From contig JBMRGM010000076.1 of assembly GCA_052327205.1 (NCBI GenBank), forward strand, positions 186,001 to 250,000: DNA of 64,000 nucleotides, written 5' to 3'. A model generated the notes under the pieces. The model was given only the letters and a program-made list of their open reading frames with translations. It made no database searches and was not told the DNA's origin. Positions 1 to 12,371 of this stretch are shown piece after piece. The stretch is from Somniosus microcephalus. Taxonomy: Eukaryota. Made by a program: the position numbers and the translations under genes. Within the stretch, counting starts at the first letter, position 1. Each line of letters starts with the position of its first letter.

Positions 1-3000
1 ATGGAGTGATATCTTCAACCAGAACGATTCAATGCTGACCCTAATTCTGCAGGACTGGATGATAAATGGAAACATTGGTATTGTACATTTACAAACCTTT
101 TGGGTGTGTTGGAACAAGAGTCTCTGAATAAGCTGAATATGCTGATCAACTACATTGCTCCGGATGTGTATAAGTATATTTTGGACTGTAAAACTTACGA
201 ATTGGCTATTTCTACATTGGAGAAGATATTTGTTAAACCAAAGAATGAAGTATTTGCACGTTATCTTCTATCTGCCTGTAGGCAGCAGGTGGGAGAATCT
301 TTGGCTACTTATTTACAAGCACTTCGGCACATTAGTGCTAACTGTAATTATAAAGCCGTGATGGCCGAAGTATATAAGGAAGAATCGGTACGGGATGCTT
401 TTATTAATGGACTACTGTCTAGATCAATTCGTCAGCGGTTGTTAGAAAATAAGACTTTGGATCTCAAGAGTGCTTTTGAGCAAGCTTCTACATTGGATAT
501 GGCTCAGAGAAGTTCGGATTCTTATGCTCTTTCTAATCGACCTGCGACTGTGGTTTTGGCAGTTCCGGACGAAAAAGAATTAGGTGGACTTAATGGGAGT
601 GGTTTACTAGATTCTGAAACAGTTTCTACTTCGGCGGCTGTTGCCTCTAGGATTCAGAAGTGTTAATTTTGTGGGAACGTCCGGCATCCTCGTTTGAAGT
701 GTAGTAAATGTGGAAAGAGAGGTCATTATGCACTTGTTTGTAAATGATTAGGTTCAATTCCCTCCTCTTCTGCAACTATTCAACCTGTAGAGAGGGCGTT
801 TATTGCATCAATTTCTGCTGCATTTGCTCATGGCCTAAACAAAGCTATAGTTATGGCCCAAGTTAATGGGTTAGAAGTGAAGGCTCTCATAGATACGGGC
901 AGTACCGAGAGTTTCATAAGTCTTCAGTTTGCGAAGGAAAAGTGTTTGAAAATCTTGCCTGTTACTTATCAGGTGTGTATGGCTCAGACGACCCTTACTT
1001 CACAAGTAGCTGGTTGTTGCCTTGTGAAAATGATTCTTCTTGGTAATACGTATACTGATATACGCCTATCTGTTTTGCCTAATCTTTGTGCGGATATTTT
1101 GATTGGTCATGATGTGCTTAAATTACACGAGTCTCTCAGTCTTTCGTTTGGAGGGACTAAGCCACCCTTATCCATTTCTGGATTAACTTCTTTATCCATT
1201 TCTCCATTATCACTTTTTTCCAATTTGATGCCGGATTGTAAGCCAATTGCTACCAAGTCAAGAAGGTATGGCAGTCAGGATAGAGAATTTATTAATTCTG
1301 AAGTCCAGCGTCTTTTATTGGAAGGAATCATTGAACCTAGTTGTTTGCCTTGGCGGGCTCAGGTAGTTGTCACCATGAACGAGAGACATAAGAAACGAGT
1401 GGTGATAGATTACTCTCAAACTATTAATTGGTATACTCAATTAGATGCGTACCCTTTGCCTAAGATTGATGAGCTTATCAACAAAGTATCTCAGTTTAAG
1501 TTTTTTAGCACTATTGATTTAAAGAGTGCTTATCATCAGATTCCGATTGTTAAGAGGGATCAACGATATACAGCCTTTGAGGCTGGTGGAAAGCTGTATC
1601 AGTTTTGCCGAATACCATTTGGTGTTACTAATGGTGTTGCTTGTTTTCAACGGGCAATGGATGCTTTTATAAGTGATAACTCTCTCTCTGACACCTTTTC
1701 ATATTTAGATGACATCACGGTGTGTGGTAAATCAAGGGTGGAGCATGATTCTAATTTAGAAAGATTCCTTCAAGCTGCGGAAAAAGTTGGTTTAACTTTT
1801 AATAAAGAGAAGTGTATCTTTTCGACTACTGAGGTAAATCTACTGGGGTATATTATCTCGGGAAATAAGATTAAACCAGATCCAAAACGTTTGCGACCAT
1901 TGATCGATTTACCTTATCCTACTAATTCTAAGGCTTTGCAACGAGTTGTTGGACTGTTTTCTTACCATTCTAATTGGATTGCAAACTTTTCACAGAAGAT
2001 CCAGCCCCTTATTCGGGTTATGACATATCCTCTATCATGGGAGGCCAGGACATGTTTTGATAATTTTAAAAAGGATATCTTAGGAGCAGTTGTGCATTCT
2101 ATTGATGAGCAGGTTCCCTTTCTGATTGAGACGGATGCTCCTGATTTTGCAATTGGGGCTACTCTGAACCAGAATGGAAGACCTCTGCCCTTTTTCTCAC
2201 GTACCTTGAACAATAGTGAAAAAAGACATTCTTCAATAGAAAAAGAGGCATATGCAATTGTAGAAGCACTGCGTAAATGGAGACATTATTTACCGAGGTG
2301 ACATTTCACGTTGGTAACCGATCAAAAATCTGTGTCCTTTATGTTTGATGTTAAACATTTAGGAAAGATTAAAAATGATAAAATAATGAGGTGGAGGATT
2401 GAGTTGGCATGTTACCATTTTGATATAGTTTATCGTCCGGGGAAGGATAATGTTGCTGCTGATGCACTGTCGAGGGCTTATTGTTCTGTGATTCACGGAG
2501 ATACGCTTATTAATCTTCACAATGCCTTATGTCATCCTGGGGTTACAAGGATGATACACTTCGTATGCAGTAAGAATTTGCCCTTTTCAGTTGAAGACAT
2601 CAAGTGGATGACTTCATCATGTTCTATCTGTGCTCGGTGTAAACCGAATTTCTTTAAGCCTCAATGAGCTCATCTTATAAAGGCTACTTCTCCTTTTAAA
2701 CGTCTGAGTGTTGATTTTAAGGGGCCTCTTCCTTCAGCGACTCAAAATCGATCCATATTTACTGTTGTGGATGAGTTTTCAAGGTTTCCTTTTGCTTTTC
2801 CTTCCGCAGATGTATCAGCTGCTGCAGCTATCAAATGTCTGACTCAATTTGCTGTCATCTTTGGGATGCCTGCGTATATCCATTCGGATCAGGGAAGTTC
2901 TTTTATGTCTTCCCAGTTGAAGGAATACCTTCAGAGTCGGGGAATTTCCACTAGTAGAACTACCCCGTATAACCCCCAGGGTAATGGACAGTGCGAACGA

Positions 3001-3687
3001 TACAATGGGGTGATCTGGAAGGCAGTTATGTTGGCTTTGACATCCCGGAACCTTAAGAATACACAGTGGGAAATGGTACTGCCTGATGCCCTGCATTCCA
3101 TTAGATCATTGCTTTCAACGGCTACTAATGTGACCCCCCATGAAAGGCTCTTTAATTACCCGCGGAGATCTACTACGGGATATTCGGTACCTTCATGGGT
3201 TACTATGCAGGGACCTGTGCTGCTTCGACGCCATGTTAGATTGTCAAAATATGATCCTTTAGTGGAGGAGGTGGAGCTGTTGGAGGCAAATTCCCAATAT
3301 GCTCATATTCGATTCCAAGATGGGAAAGAAAGTACTGTTTCAATTAAAGATTTGGCTCTTTGTGGTGGCCAGCCCTCTTCTGAGAATATTAACAATAGTC
3401 ATGATTCAGATAATGTGGATGTTGTTATAGATACTACGAATATTTCCAATCCTACTGCAGATAATTATACTTCTATTAGTCAGCCTTTGATGGATGATCA
3501 TGACCGTCCTAGTTTACTTCCTGATGGGATTTCCAATCCGGAAACCGTTGATAAGTGGGATATGGATAGCCTTCCTGCAGAAGATACTTCGGTGTCTCCG
3601 GGTGTGGGAGGGCAAGGAATTTCACCAAGGTTAAGAAGGTCGACACGAACAAGATATCCGGTCGACCGATTGAAAATGGACTTTTAA
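1..3687 (+). pseudogene. Gypsy gag-pol polyprotein in one frame with five nonsense codons
   Basis: ORFs at 100, 853, 2311 and 2767 share a frame with the ATG at position 1. In-frame stops at 7-9, 664-666, 745-747, 2299-2301 and 2665-2667; no frameshift. Confidence 0.92.
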
Positions 3688-3806
3688 ATTGATAGTAATG
3701 TTTTAAAATTGTTGCAATATTATATTTGTATTTTAGTTGTAAATAAATTAATTATAAATTGTAAAGGTTGTTTTAGGTTGGAGCATGTTTTAAAAGGAGG
3801 GGTGAA

Positions 3807-4083
3807 TGTGGTGATTATTTCCTATGTTTAATAAGAAGTATTGTGATTGGTGAATGGGGTGGTTGTTCTCTGTGTTAGTAAGAAGTATTGTAATTGGTTG
3901 TTTGTTTCTACCTTGAGATATATGCTGTAAACTCATTGGTAGTGGATGTCAGGTGATTTGTGGTGGCCATCTTAAATTCAGTTCTCTCCAGTCATGGTTG
4001 GAGACTGATGTTGAAAGATGTGCTACTGGATTTTTAAAGTTAATAAAGCCTAGATTAGAAAGGCAAATCTATTCTTCATTTCA
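3807..4083 (+). repeat. 3' LTR of the Gypsy element
   Basis: Starts with TG right after the PPT, has AATAAA at 4042-4047, and ends with CA directly against the 67-bp array. The right boundary is inferred because no second LTR is in the window. Confidence 0.75.
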
Positions 4084-5450
4084 ATGGGACAGTGTAGAGG
4101 GATCTTTATTCTGTTTCTATCCCATGCTCTACCTACCCTGGGAGTGTTTGATGAGGCAGTATAGAAGGAGCTTTACTCTGTATCTAACCCGTGCTGTTCC
4201 TGCTCTGGGAGTGTTTGATAGGACAGTTTAGAGGGAGCTTTATACCATACCTAATCTGTGTTGCAACTGCCCTGGGAGTTCATGATGGGACAGTGTAGAG
4301 GGAGCTTTACTCTGTATCTTACACATGCTGTACCTGCCCTGGGAGTGTTTGTTGGGACAGTGCAGAGTGAGCTTTACTCTGTATCTACCCACTGATGTAC
4401 CTGCCCTGGGAGTGTTTGATGAGGCAGTATAGAAGGAGCTTTACTCTGTATCTAACCCATGCTCTACCTGCCCTGAGAGTGTTTGATAGGACAGTGTAGA
4501 GAGAGCTTTACTCTGTATCTAATCTGTGTTATAACTGCCCTGGGAGTTTTCGATGGGACAGTGTAGAGGGAGCTTTACTCTGTATCTACCCACTGATGTA
4601 CCTGCCCTGGGAGTGTTTGATGGGACAGTGTAAAGGGAGCTTTACTCTATATCACGTGCTATACCTGCCCTGAGAGTGTTTGATGGGACAGTGTAGAGGG
4701 AGCTTTACTCTGTATCTAACCCATGCTCTACCTGTCCTGAGAGTGTTTGATGGGACAGTGTAGGGGGCGTTTACTCTGTACCTAACCCGTGCTGTACCTG
4801 TCCTGGGAGTGTTTGATGGGACAGTGTAGAGGGAACTTTGCTCTGTATCTAACCCATGCTGTACCTGTCCTGGGAGTGTAAGATGGGACAGTGTAGAGGG
4901 AGCGTTAATCTGTATCAAACCTTAGCTGTACCTGCCCCGGGAGTTTTTAATGGGACAATGTAGACGCAGCTTTACTCTGTATCCAACCCGTGCTCTACCT
5001 GCCCTGGGAGTCTTTGATGGGACAGTGTAGAGGGAGCTTTACTCTGTATCTACCCACTGATGCTCCTGCCCTGGGAGTGTTTGATTGGACAGTCTAGAGG
5101 TAGCTTTACTCTGTATCTAACCCGTGCTGTACCTGCCCTTGGGATTGTTTGATGGGATAGTGTAGAGGGAGCTTTACTCTGTATCTAACCCGTGCTGTAC
5201 CTGCCCTGGGGATTGTTTGATGGGACAGTGTAGAGGGAGCTTTACTCTGTATCTAATCTGTGTTGTAACTGCCCTGGGAGTTTTTGATGGGACAGTGTGG
5301 AGAGAGCTTTACTCTGTATCTTACCCATGCTGTACGTGCCCTGGGAGTGTTTGATGGGACAGTTTAGAGGGAGTTTTACTCTGTATCTAACCCATGCTGT
5401 ACCTGTCCTGGGAGTGTTTGATGGGTCAGTGTAGAGGGAGCTTTGCTCTG
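4084..5450. repeat. 67-bp tandem satellite, about 20 copies
   Basis: Unit GATGGGACAGTGTAGAGGGAGCTTTACTCTGTATCTAACCCGTGCTGTACCTGCCCTGGGAGTGTTT recurs with a 67-bp period (e.g. 4084, 4151). Confidence 0.97.
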
Positions 5451-7732
5451 TTCAACCTCGCAGTTTCCGAAGATCCCTCTACTTTTGACCCCTTGATGGG
5501 CTTCGACTTCTCTCTCTGGAACGCCCCCTTCCTTCCCTGCAGCTCCTCCTTAATTGGACCCCAGTGGCTTCATCAAGGCTGTGGGAGGCCTGCTGAGTGG
5601 CCGAAAGCCTGGATCCATTGACACACTGGCAGGGAGTCTCCAGGACTTCTGTGCAGCACAGGAAGGAGTGCGCAGGCCTTCTCCGATGCACAGGAAAGGA
5701 CTGCCCAGGGCATCGCCGAAGCACTGGGAAGGACATGTCAAGGCCCTCTACAGCTCTTGTGAATGATGGGGATGTGTTGGCTACTGTCGCGGGTTTGGCA
5801 GACATTAAAGTTGTATTTCCTTGCTGATGTGTTAAATCCTTGTTATGTGTTTTGCCGTTACTTTTGTGTTAAATCCTTAGTTATGTGTTAAGCCGTTACT
5901 TAAGTGTTATTTCGTTAGTTTTGCTTTCTGCTGCAATTGCTTTATGAAGTTGGAAGGCTCCACTTTTTTGAAAATAAAGACAATTTTTTATTTACATGGA
6001 TATCTAACCTATTTACACTTAATCTGTCCTTCATAGGCTTTGGGTGAACTGGACGGTCCTCTCCCAAACACACCAAACAATCCGTCAGTGGGGCCTAGAA
6101 ACGAGTCGTTATGAGTCTCTGACGAATGGCCCTTCCAGTTTCGGGAACCCTCCCGTCTTCCTCCTCCTCCTCCTCCTCCTCCTCCTCCTCCTCTGCTGGT
6201 CCTTCAAGCTCGGCTGGCATTGGCTGGGTGCATTGGATGGCGAGGTTGTGGAGCATGCAGCAGACAATGAAGATGTGGGCGACTCGCTCCGAAGAGTACA
6301 GCAGGGCGCCCCCCGAATGGTCGAGACATCGGAACCGCTGCTTCCCCACACCGATTGTGTGCTCCACAGTGTTCTGCGTCGCCTGATAGCTGGAGTTGCA
6401 GTTCTCCTCTGCCTGGGTGCTGGGCGAACGTAGCGGGGTCATAAGCCATTGGCACAGAGGATAGCCCTTGTCTCCAAGAAGCCAGCCTCGTGGGTGAGCC
6501 GGGGCCTCAAAAAGGTCTGCCACTGTGGTCTGATGCAGGATGAAAGCGCCTTGGCTGCTGCCAGGGAATTGTGTGTTGACTGCGAGGATCAGCAGCCTGT
6601 GGTCACACACCAGCTGTACATTAAGGGAGTGGAATCCCTTGCGGTTGCGGTAATCCTTGGGATTGTTCACAGGCACCCGCAAAGCCATGTGCGTACAGTC
6701 AATGGTGCCCTGCACCATGGGGAAGCCAGCTATTGCCGCAAAGCCTTCTGCGCGCTCCTGCTGCTTCTCCGGTGTCAAAGGGAATGAAATAAATTGCCAC
6801 CTCCTGTTATATAGGGCATCTGTAACTTGACGGATGCAGCAATGCTCTGCAAACTGGGAAATGTTAGCTATGTCCCCAGTCACGGCCTGAAAGGAGCCTC
6901 TGGCAAAGAAATTGAGGGCTACAGTAACCTTTACAGGCACCGACAGAGATGTCCTGCACCGTATGCGTGGCAGAACATCATCCTGATGCAGCTGGCACAG
7001 CTCAGTCACCAACTCCTTATGGAATCGCAGCCTTCTGACACACTGCTCCTCCGACATGTTGTGGTAGGAGAACTGCTGCCTGAAAACCCTCGCTGTGTAA
7101 GGTCTGGTGCGGCAACGTCTGTTGGCCCTCCTCTGTCTGGCCACTCCTGGCCCTCTCTCCCTCCATCTCTGTGCACTATCAAGATGTTCTAGCAGAAGGA
7201 TGTTCCCTTCCAGAGCAGCCCCCATAATAAGAGTGATCAAGGTAAAGGTTGTAAGCTCTTACCAGCATCTAGGTAATGTTCACAGAGCTAAGGGTCCTCT
7301 GGCACCGCTGTTTGAATGGCAATAAGGCTCTAGCACTGCATCTGCTCAACTGTATCAAACCAGCCAACAAGTTGCATTCACAAAAGTGCTGACGTTTTCA
7401 GAACAGTGGTGTCCCCTTCAAACAGCGCCCCCCGACTCCAAGAGTTCCTAGGGAACGTTCCAGTGAGCTGTCACTATTAGTGCCAGCCGCAACAGAGGCA
7501 GGCGCCACCCAATTTCCGGTCCGGGACGCTAAAAAGGCTTTGCACAATGGAATGACGTTATGATCAGCCTGCGCCCGCGAGCGCACGCTAAGATTTTCCA
7601 CCGGCGCTAAATGCATGGTCAATATGGGGCGAGGCACTAGGTTCCCTGTGACCACACAGAAATTGGCTATTGCCCCACTTTTCGGCCTCTTTAGGCGATA
7701 ATCGGTGGCGCTAACAACCTAATTTCCCCCCC
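5451..7732 (-). mobile_element. PIF/Harbinger DNA transposon, left part lost at the satellite
   Basis: HARBI1-like nuclease ORF; GC-rich subterminal region ending AATTTCCCCCCC at 7732 (TIR-like); convergent polyA signals at 5973-5978 (+) and 5987-5992 (-). Confidence 0.8.
6095..7225 (-). CDS. Harbinger transposase (HARBI1-like DDE nuclease) with C-terminal poly-Glu
   Basis: Uninterrupted ORF (first ATG at 7225) with ALNFFARGSFQ, GTIDCTH, NRKGFHSLNVQLVCD, WLLGDKGY, VEHTIG, RFRCLD and CCMLHN motifs. The usual GSxHD reads GSSQG. Confidence 0.88.
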   Translation of the reverse strand: MGAALEGNILLLEHLDSAQRWRERGPGVARQRRANRRCRTRPYTARVFRQQFSYHNMSEEQCVRRLRFHKELVTELCQLHQDDVLPRIRCRTSLSVPVKVTVALNFFARGSFQAVTGDIANISQFAEHCCIRQVTDALYNRRWQFISFPLTPEKQQERAEGFAAIAGFPMVQGTIDCTHMALRVPVNNPKDYRNRKGFHSLNVQLVCDHRLLILAVNTQFPGSSQGAFILHQTTVADLFEAPAHPRGWLLGDKGYPLCQWLMTPLRSPSTQAEENCNSSYQATQNTVEHTIGVGKQRFRCLDHSGGALLYSSERVAHIFIVCCMLHNLAIQCTQPMPAELEGPAEEEEEEEEEEEEDGRVPETGRAIRQRLITTRF

Positions 7733-7917
7733 ACAGTGTTGTAAAGAGTGTGATGGATTTGAAACACACCTTTATCAGTTTTTTTTGTTCAAAATGTTAA
7801 CAGATATGTTTGCCCCTTTTCAAGTAGCGCTCCAATTATCCTGCAAGCTCCCAGTTTGTAGAGGTGTAATTTTTTCTTTGCTTCAGATATTCACCTGTCT
7901 ATTTTATTCCCCAGCTA

Positions 7918-8620
7918 GCAACAACTTGCATTTACACAGCGCCTTTAATATAGAAACACGGCCCAAGTCGCTTCACAGGAGCGTAGGTCAGACAAAAGTT
8001 TAACACTGAGCCACATGAGGAGATATTGGGACAGGTGACCAAAAACTTGTTCACAGGTAGGTTTTCAGGAGTGTCTTCAAGGAGGAGAGAGAGGCAGAGA
8101 GGTTTAGGGAGGGAATTCCAGAGCTTGGGGGTGAGGCAGCTGAAGGTACGGCCGTCAATTGTGGGGCAATGAAAATCGGGGATACACAAGAGGCCAGAAT
8201 TGCAGGACAGCAGAGATCTCGGAGGGTTGTAGGGCTGGAGGAGGTTACAGAGATAAGGAGAGGAGCGAGGCAATTGAGTGATTTGAAGACAAGGATGATT
8301 ATTTTTAAATCGAGCCTTTGCCATACTGGGACCCAATGTAGGTCAGTGAGCAGAGGGGTGCTGCGTGGACCGGACTTGGTGCGAGGTACGATATGGGGCA
8401 GCAGAGTTTTGGATGAGCTGAACTTTACGGAGGGGGAAGATGGGAGGCCGTTCAGGAGATCATTAGAATCATCGTGTCTGGAGGAACAAAGGCTCGGGTG
8501 AGGGTTTCAGTAGCAGATGAGCTGAGGCAGGGGTGGAGACGGGCGATGTTACGGGGGTGGAAATAGGCGGTCTTGATGATTGAGAGGATATGGGGGTCGG
8601 AAGCTCAGCTTAGTGTCAAA
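7918..8620 (-). mobile_element. L2-type LINE 3' fragment
   Basis: Minus-strand YLCNLLQPYNPPRSL...KLWNSLP C-terminus and tail ...GGCGCTGTGTAAATGCAAGTTGTTG. Confidence 0.8.
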
Positions 8621-9027
8621 TAGGAGACAGAAGGGAAAAAGACAAGCAGAGAATAACCATTTGAGTCTGTACAAGCAACAGATCTGATAAATTCCCAGGA
8701 TTAACTCACAGTACCGATGTATATGTAATACATTGACAGCAACATTGTCCAATGGCCGGGCAGAAGGTGTGTAAGATTTAACAGTAAGATTAATCTGCAG
8801 AAGCTGCTTGGCCCATAAGAACACTCACAGATCAGATCATGGTTTGAATTGCAGAGCTCCGTACAGCTTGTAGACCATTAGCACGTTCATTATCGACAGT
8901 CTCACAAACTTTTCAAACTTTCATGAAAACATTACAGTTCATATGAGTGTCTATAAGTGTGTCTGTGTGAGTGTGTGAGTGTATTTGGGTGAGTGAGTGT
9001 GCATGTGTGAGACTGAGAGTGAATAGG

Positions 9028-9320
9028 GTCATAGAGTTATACAGCACAGAAAGAGGCCCTTGGGCCCATCGCGTCCACACCGGCCATCAAGCCCTGTCTA
9101 ATCTAATCCCATTTTCCAGCCTTTGGTCCGTAACCTTGTATGCTATGACATTTCAAGTGCTCATCCAAATGCTTCTTGAATGTTGTGAGGGTTCCTGCCT
9201 CTACCGCCCTTTCAGGCAGTGAGTTCCAGATTCCAACCACCCTCTGGGTGAAAAAGTTCTTCCTCAAATCCCCTCTAAACCTCCTGCCCCTTCCCTTGAA
9301 TCTATGCCCCCTTGTTATTG
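9028..9320 (-). mobile_element. CR1 LINE 3' end
   Basis: TRGHRFK...FFTQRVVGIWNSLP...FKKHLD motif plus a CTATGA-type tail. Confidence 0.9.
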
Positions 9321-9389
9321 TAAAAACTGCATATTTCACCCTGAACGCCATTAAACTGTAGCTTTTGCTCCAGTCCTGACGTATAATTT

Positions 9390-10262
9390 CCCTCTACATT
9401 GGGGAGACCAAACGCAGATTGGGTGACCGCTTTGCGGAACATCTCCGTTCAGTCCGTAAGAGGGACCCCGAGTTTCTGGTCGCCTGTCACTTTAATTCAC
9501 CGCTCCATTCCCACTCAGAGCTCACTGTCCTCGGCCTCTTGCATTGTTCCATGGAAGCTCAGTGTAAGCTCGAGGAACAGCACCTCATCTTCCGATTAGG
9601 CACTCTACAGCCCTCTGGACACAACACAGAGTTCAACAATTTCAGCTCATAACCTCGGCCCCTATCATATTTAGATATTTTATCCACACTTTTTGTTTGT
9701 CCTTTTCCTTTATTTTCGTCCCTCCCACGTGGCAGCTGTCTTTCATTCTATCAGTGCAATTCACACTTAGAAACATAGAAACATAGAAGATAGGAGCAGG
9801 AGTTGGTCATTCGGCCCCTCGAGCCAGCTCTGCCATTCAAGGAGATCATGGCTGATCATCTCAACTCTGTACCCTGCCCCTGCCTTCTCCCCATATCCCT
9901 TGAGCCGTTTAGACTTAAGAAATATATCTAACACTTCATCAAGAGCCATCCTCTGTTTCTTAACCTGTCCCATTACCATCTCCTCTTGCCTTGAATATCT
10001 CTTAATGCCTCTTTAATTCTCCTGCCTTCCATCCTATCACAGACCTTCCCTTCTGTTCTTTCATCCCATCACCCATTTACCAGCCCCGAAACTTGCTTTT
10101 AAATATGTTCCATTTCCTGCTTTTTGCCAATTCTGACAAAAGGTCTTCGACCTGAAACGTTAACTCTGTTTCTCTCTCCACGGATGCTGCCTGGCCTGCT
10201 GAGTTTTTCCAGCATTTTCTGTTCTTATTTCAGATTTCCAGCATCCGCAGTATTTTGCTATT
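9390..10262 (+). mobile_element. Penelope-like element 3' part (GIY-YIG C-terminus and terminal repeat), with a CR1 tail inserted at about 9768-9935
   Basis: LYIGETKRRLGDRFAEHLRSV...VACHFN...KLEEQHLIFRLGTLQPSGHN, followed by the recurrent terminal repeat at 10127-10260. Confidence 0.85.
10127..10165 (+). ncRNA. Minimal type-I hammerhead ribozyme motif, degenerate
   Basis: CTGACAA-A-AGGTC-TTC-GACCT-GAAACGT-T-AACT; the core CUGANGA carries a G>A change. Confidence 0.6.
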
Positions 10263-10387
10263 GTATAATTTCGCTGTTTGTTTCCTTCCTTAGAAGTAAC
10301 TTAATGACGATTGTGATCCTATCTCGGGGAAGTGCAGTCTCTCCAACTGTGTCATTCGCTACCTGGTGGCCATGGCAGCAGCGGATC

Positions 10388-11905
10388 TACCCTGTCAATC
10401 CCCTTCAGAATCTTTTATGTTTCAATGAGATCATCTCTCATTCTTCTAATCTCCAGAGCGTATAGGCCCATGCTACACCATTTCCCTTCATAGGACAGCC
10501 CTCTCATCCCAGTAATAAATCGTGTGGTCCTCCAAGGCAAGTATGTCCTTCCTTAGATAAAGTAACCAAAACTGTGCACAGTACTCCAGGTGTGGTCTCA
10601 CCAAAACCCTGAACAACTGCAGCAAGACTTCCTTACTCTTATACTGCAACCCCCTTGCAATAATGGCCGACATGCCATTTGACTTACCTATTGCTTGCAG
10701 TACCTGCATGCTAGCTTTCTGTGCTACTTGAACGAGGACATACACATCTCACAGAACATCAATATTTAAAAGTCTCTCACCATTTAAAATATATTCTGTT
10801 TTTGTATCCTTCCTTCCAAAGTGAATAACCACACATTTCCCTACATTACACTTCATCTGCCACATTACTGCCCACTCACTTAGATTACCTATATCCCTTT
10901 GCAGATTCTTGGTGTTCTCCTCACAGCTTGCTCATCACCAAGGTCTCTATCATCAGCAAACTTGGTACATTACACTCAGTACCTTCAACTAGGTCATTAA
11001 TATAGATTGTAAATAACGGATGCCCCAGCACTGATCTTGCAACACCCCACTAGTTACAGCCTGCCAACCTGAAAAAGACCCATTTATCCCTACTCTCTGT
11101 GTTCTGTCCTTTAACCAATTCGCTATCCATGCTTCTCTATTACCCTGTACTCCATGTACCCTTATCTTCTGTAATAACATTTTATGTGGCACCTTATCGA
11201 ATGCCTTTTGGAAATCCAAATATACTACATGCACTTTATCTACCCTGCTAGTTACATTCTGAAAAATCTCTAATAAATTTGTCAAACACATTTCCTTTCC
11301 TAAAACCAAATTGACTCTGCTAATCAGGTTATGATGTTCTAAGTGCCCTGATTACACACCCTTAACAATGAATTCCATATGGTCAGCAATGTATGACTTG
11401 GGACAGCAGCCTGATGAAAGGTCATCTACCTGAAACGTGAACCCTGCTGAGTATTCCCCGCACTTTCTGTTTTTATTATTGAATTCCAGCATCTGCAGTA
11501 TTTTACTTTTGGTACCTAATTTCCAGCTGGGTTGCTACAAGAATTCGAACTTATGTTCCATCTCCTGAGTTTGTAAATATCTGAGTCCCAAGCGCTCATC
11601 CTTGTGACACCACAGTAGTTACAGCCTGACGATCTGAAAATGACCCATTTATCCCTACTTTCTGTTTTCTCTCTGTTCATCAATCCTTTATCCATGCTAA
11701 CAACTTACCCCCAAACCCATGTGCCGTTATCTTGCTTTACAATCTTTTATGCGGCACCTTATCGAATGCCTTTTGGAACTCCAAATATACTTTCTCCATT
11801 GGTTCCCTTTTATCTACACTGCTGGTTACATCCTCAAAAAACTCTAATAAATTTGTCAAACATGATTTACATTTCATAAAACCATGTTGATGCTGCCTAA
11901 TCATA
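10388..11905 (-). mobile_element. Two CR1 RT fragments flanking a Penelope terminal repeat (11400-11512)
   Basis: CLTNLLE, VYLDFQKAFDKVPH and VRPHLEYC motifs on the minus strand. Confidence 0.85.
11411..11441 (+). ncRNA. Minimal hammerhead motif with intact core but G at the cleavage position
   Basis: CTGATGA-A-AGGT-CATCT-ACCT-GAAACGT-G. Confidence 0.55.
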
Positions 11906-11906
11906 T

Positions 11907-12370
11907 GGGCCCTGAAATTGTGGTCAGAGGCTTCCCGCAATGAATTGCCTCTGATCTGCAAATAAAATGCCCATGCACCTGGTGGTCCGGGAGTTCTGGA
12001 GATTCATGGTCCTGGGATTCTCTGGGTAACCGCGGGTAGAGGCTCATGTACGTCAGGGGCGCACGTGGTTTGCAAGTGCCCCTGGGATCACGTGGACCAT
12101 CCCAATGAAAGAAAGAATGGGATTCCAATCATTCTTATGGGGATTCCATATGTATGGAAACACCATATGCATAAATGGGCATACTCCCAAAAATACAACT
12201 ACACAGCAAATAAATAAGAAATACATATTTAAAATTAATTAAAATGGCATTTAATTAAATATTATACAAAAATGTAATTTTCTGAGAAATACATAAAACT
12301 GTTTAAAGGGGCTAAAAATAAACTTACCTTATTGCACAGGTTTTTAAATGTATAAATTATTGATAAAAAA
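11907..12370 (+). mobile_element. Non-autonomous Harbinger-like element, left end
   Basis: Begins GGGCCCTGAAATTGTGGTCAGAGGCTT, similar to the ends at 27252 and 34428. Shares internal CTTATGGGGATTCC with about 34167. Confidence 0.6.
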
Positions 12371-12371
12371 T

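Larger units (their letters stand above)
1..4083 (+). mobile_element. Ty3/Gypsy LTR retrotransposon (5' LTR lies outside the window)
   Basis: Domain order gag - CCHC knuckle - protease (LIDTGS) - RT (YLDD) - RNase H - integrase (HHCC, DDE). Followed by PPT AAAAGGAGGGGTGAA at 3792-3806 and a TG...CA LTR. Confidence 0.95.

Noticed and set aside
4084-5450. CRISPR-like regular array and the ORFs within it
   Set aside because: Contiguous 67-bp units with no unique spacers, no cas genes and a vertebrate context; the ORFs are repeat translations.
7732-7770. Cryptic V(D)J signal CACAGTG-23-AAACACACC
   Set aside because: The nonamer matches only 6/9, there is no adjacent V, D or J segment, and the heptamer overlaps the Harbinger end; likely chance.
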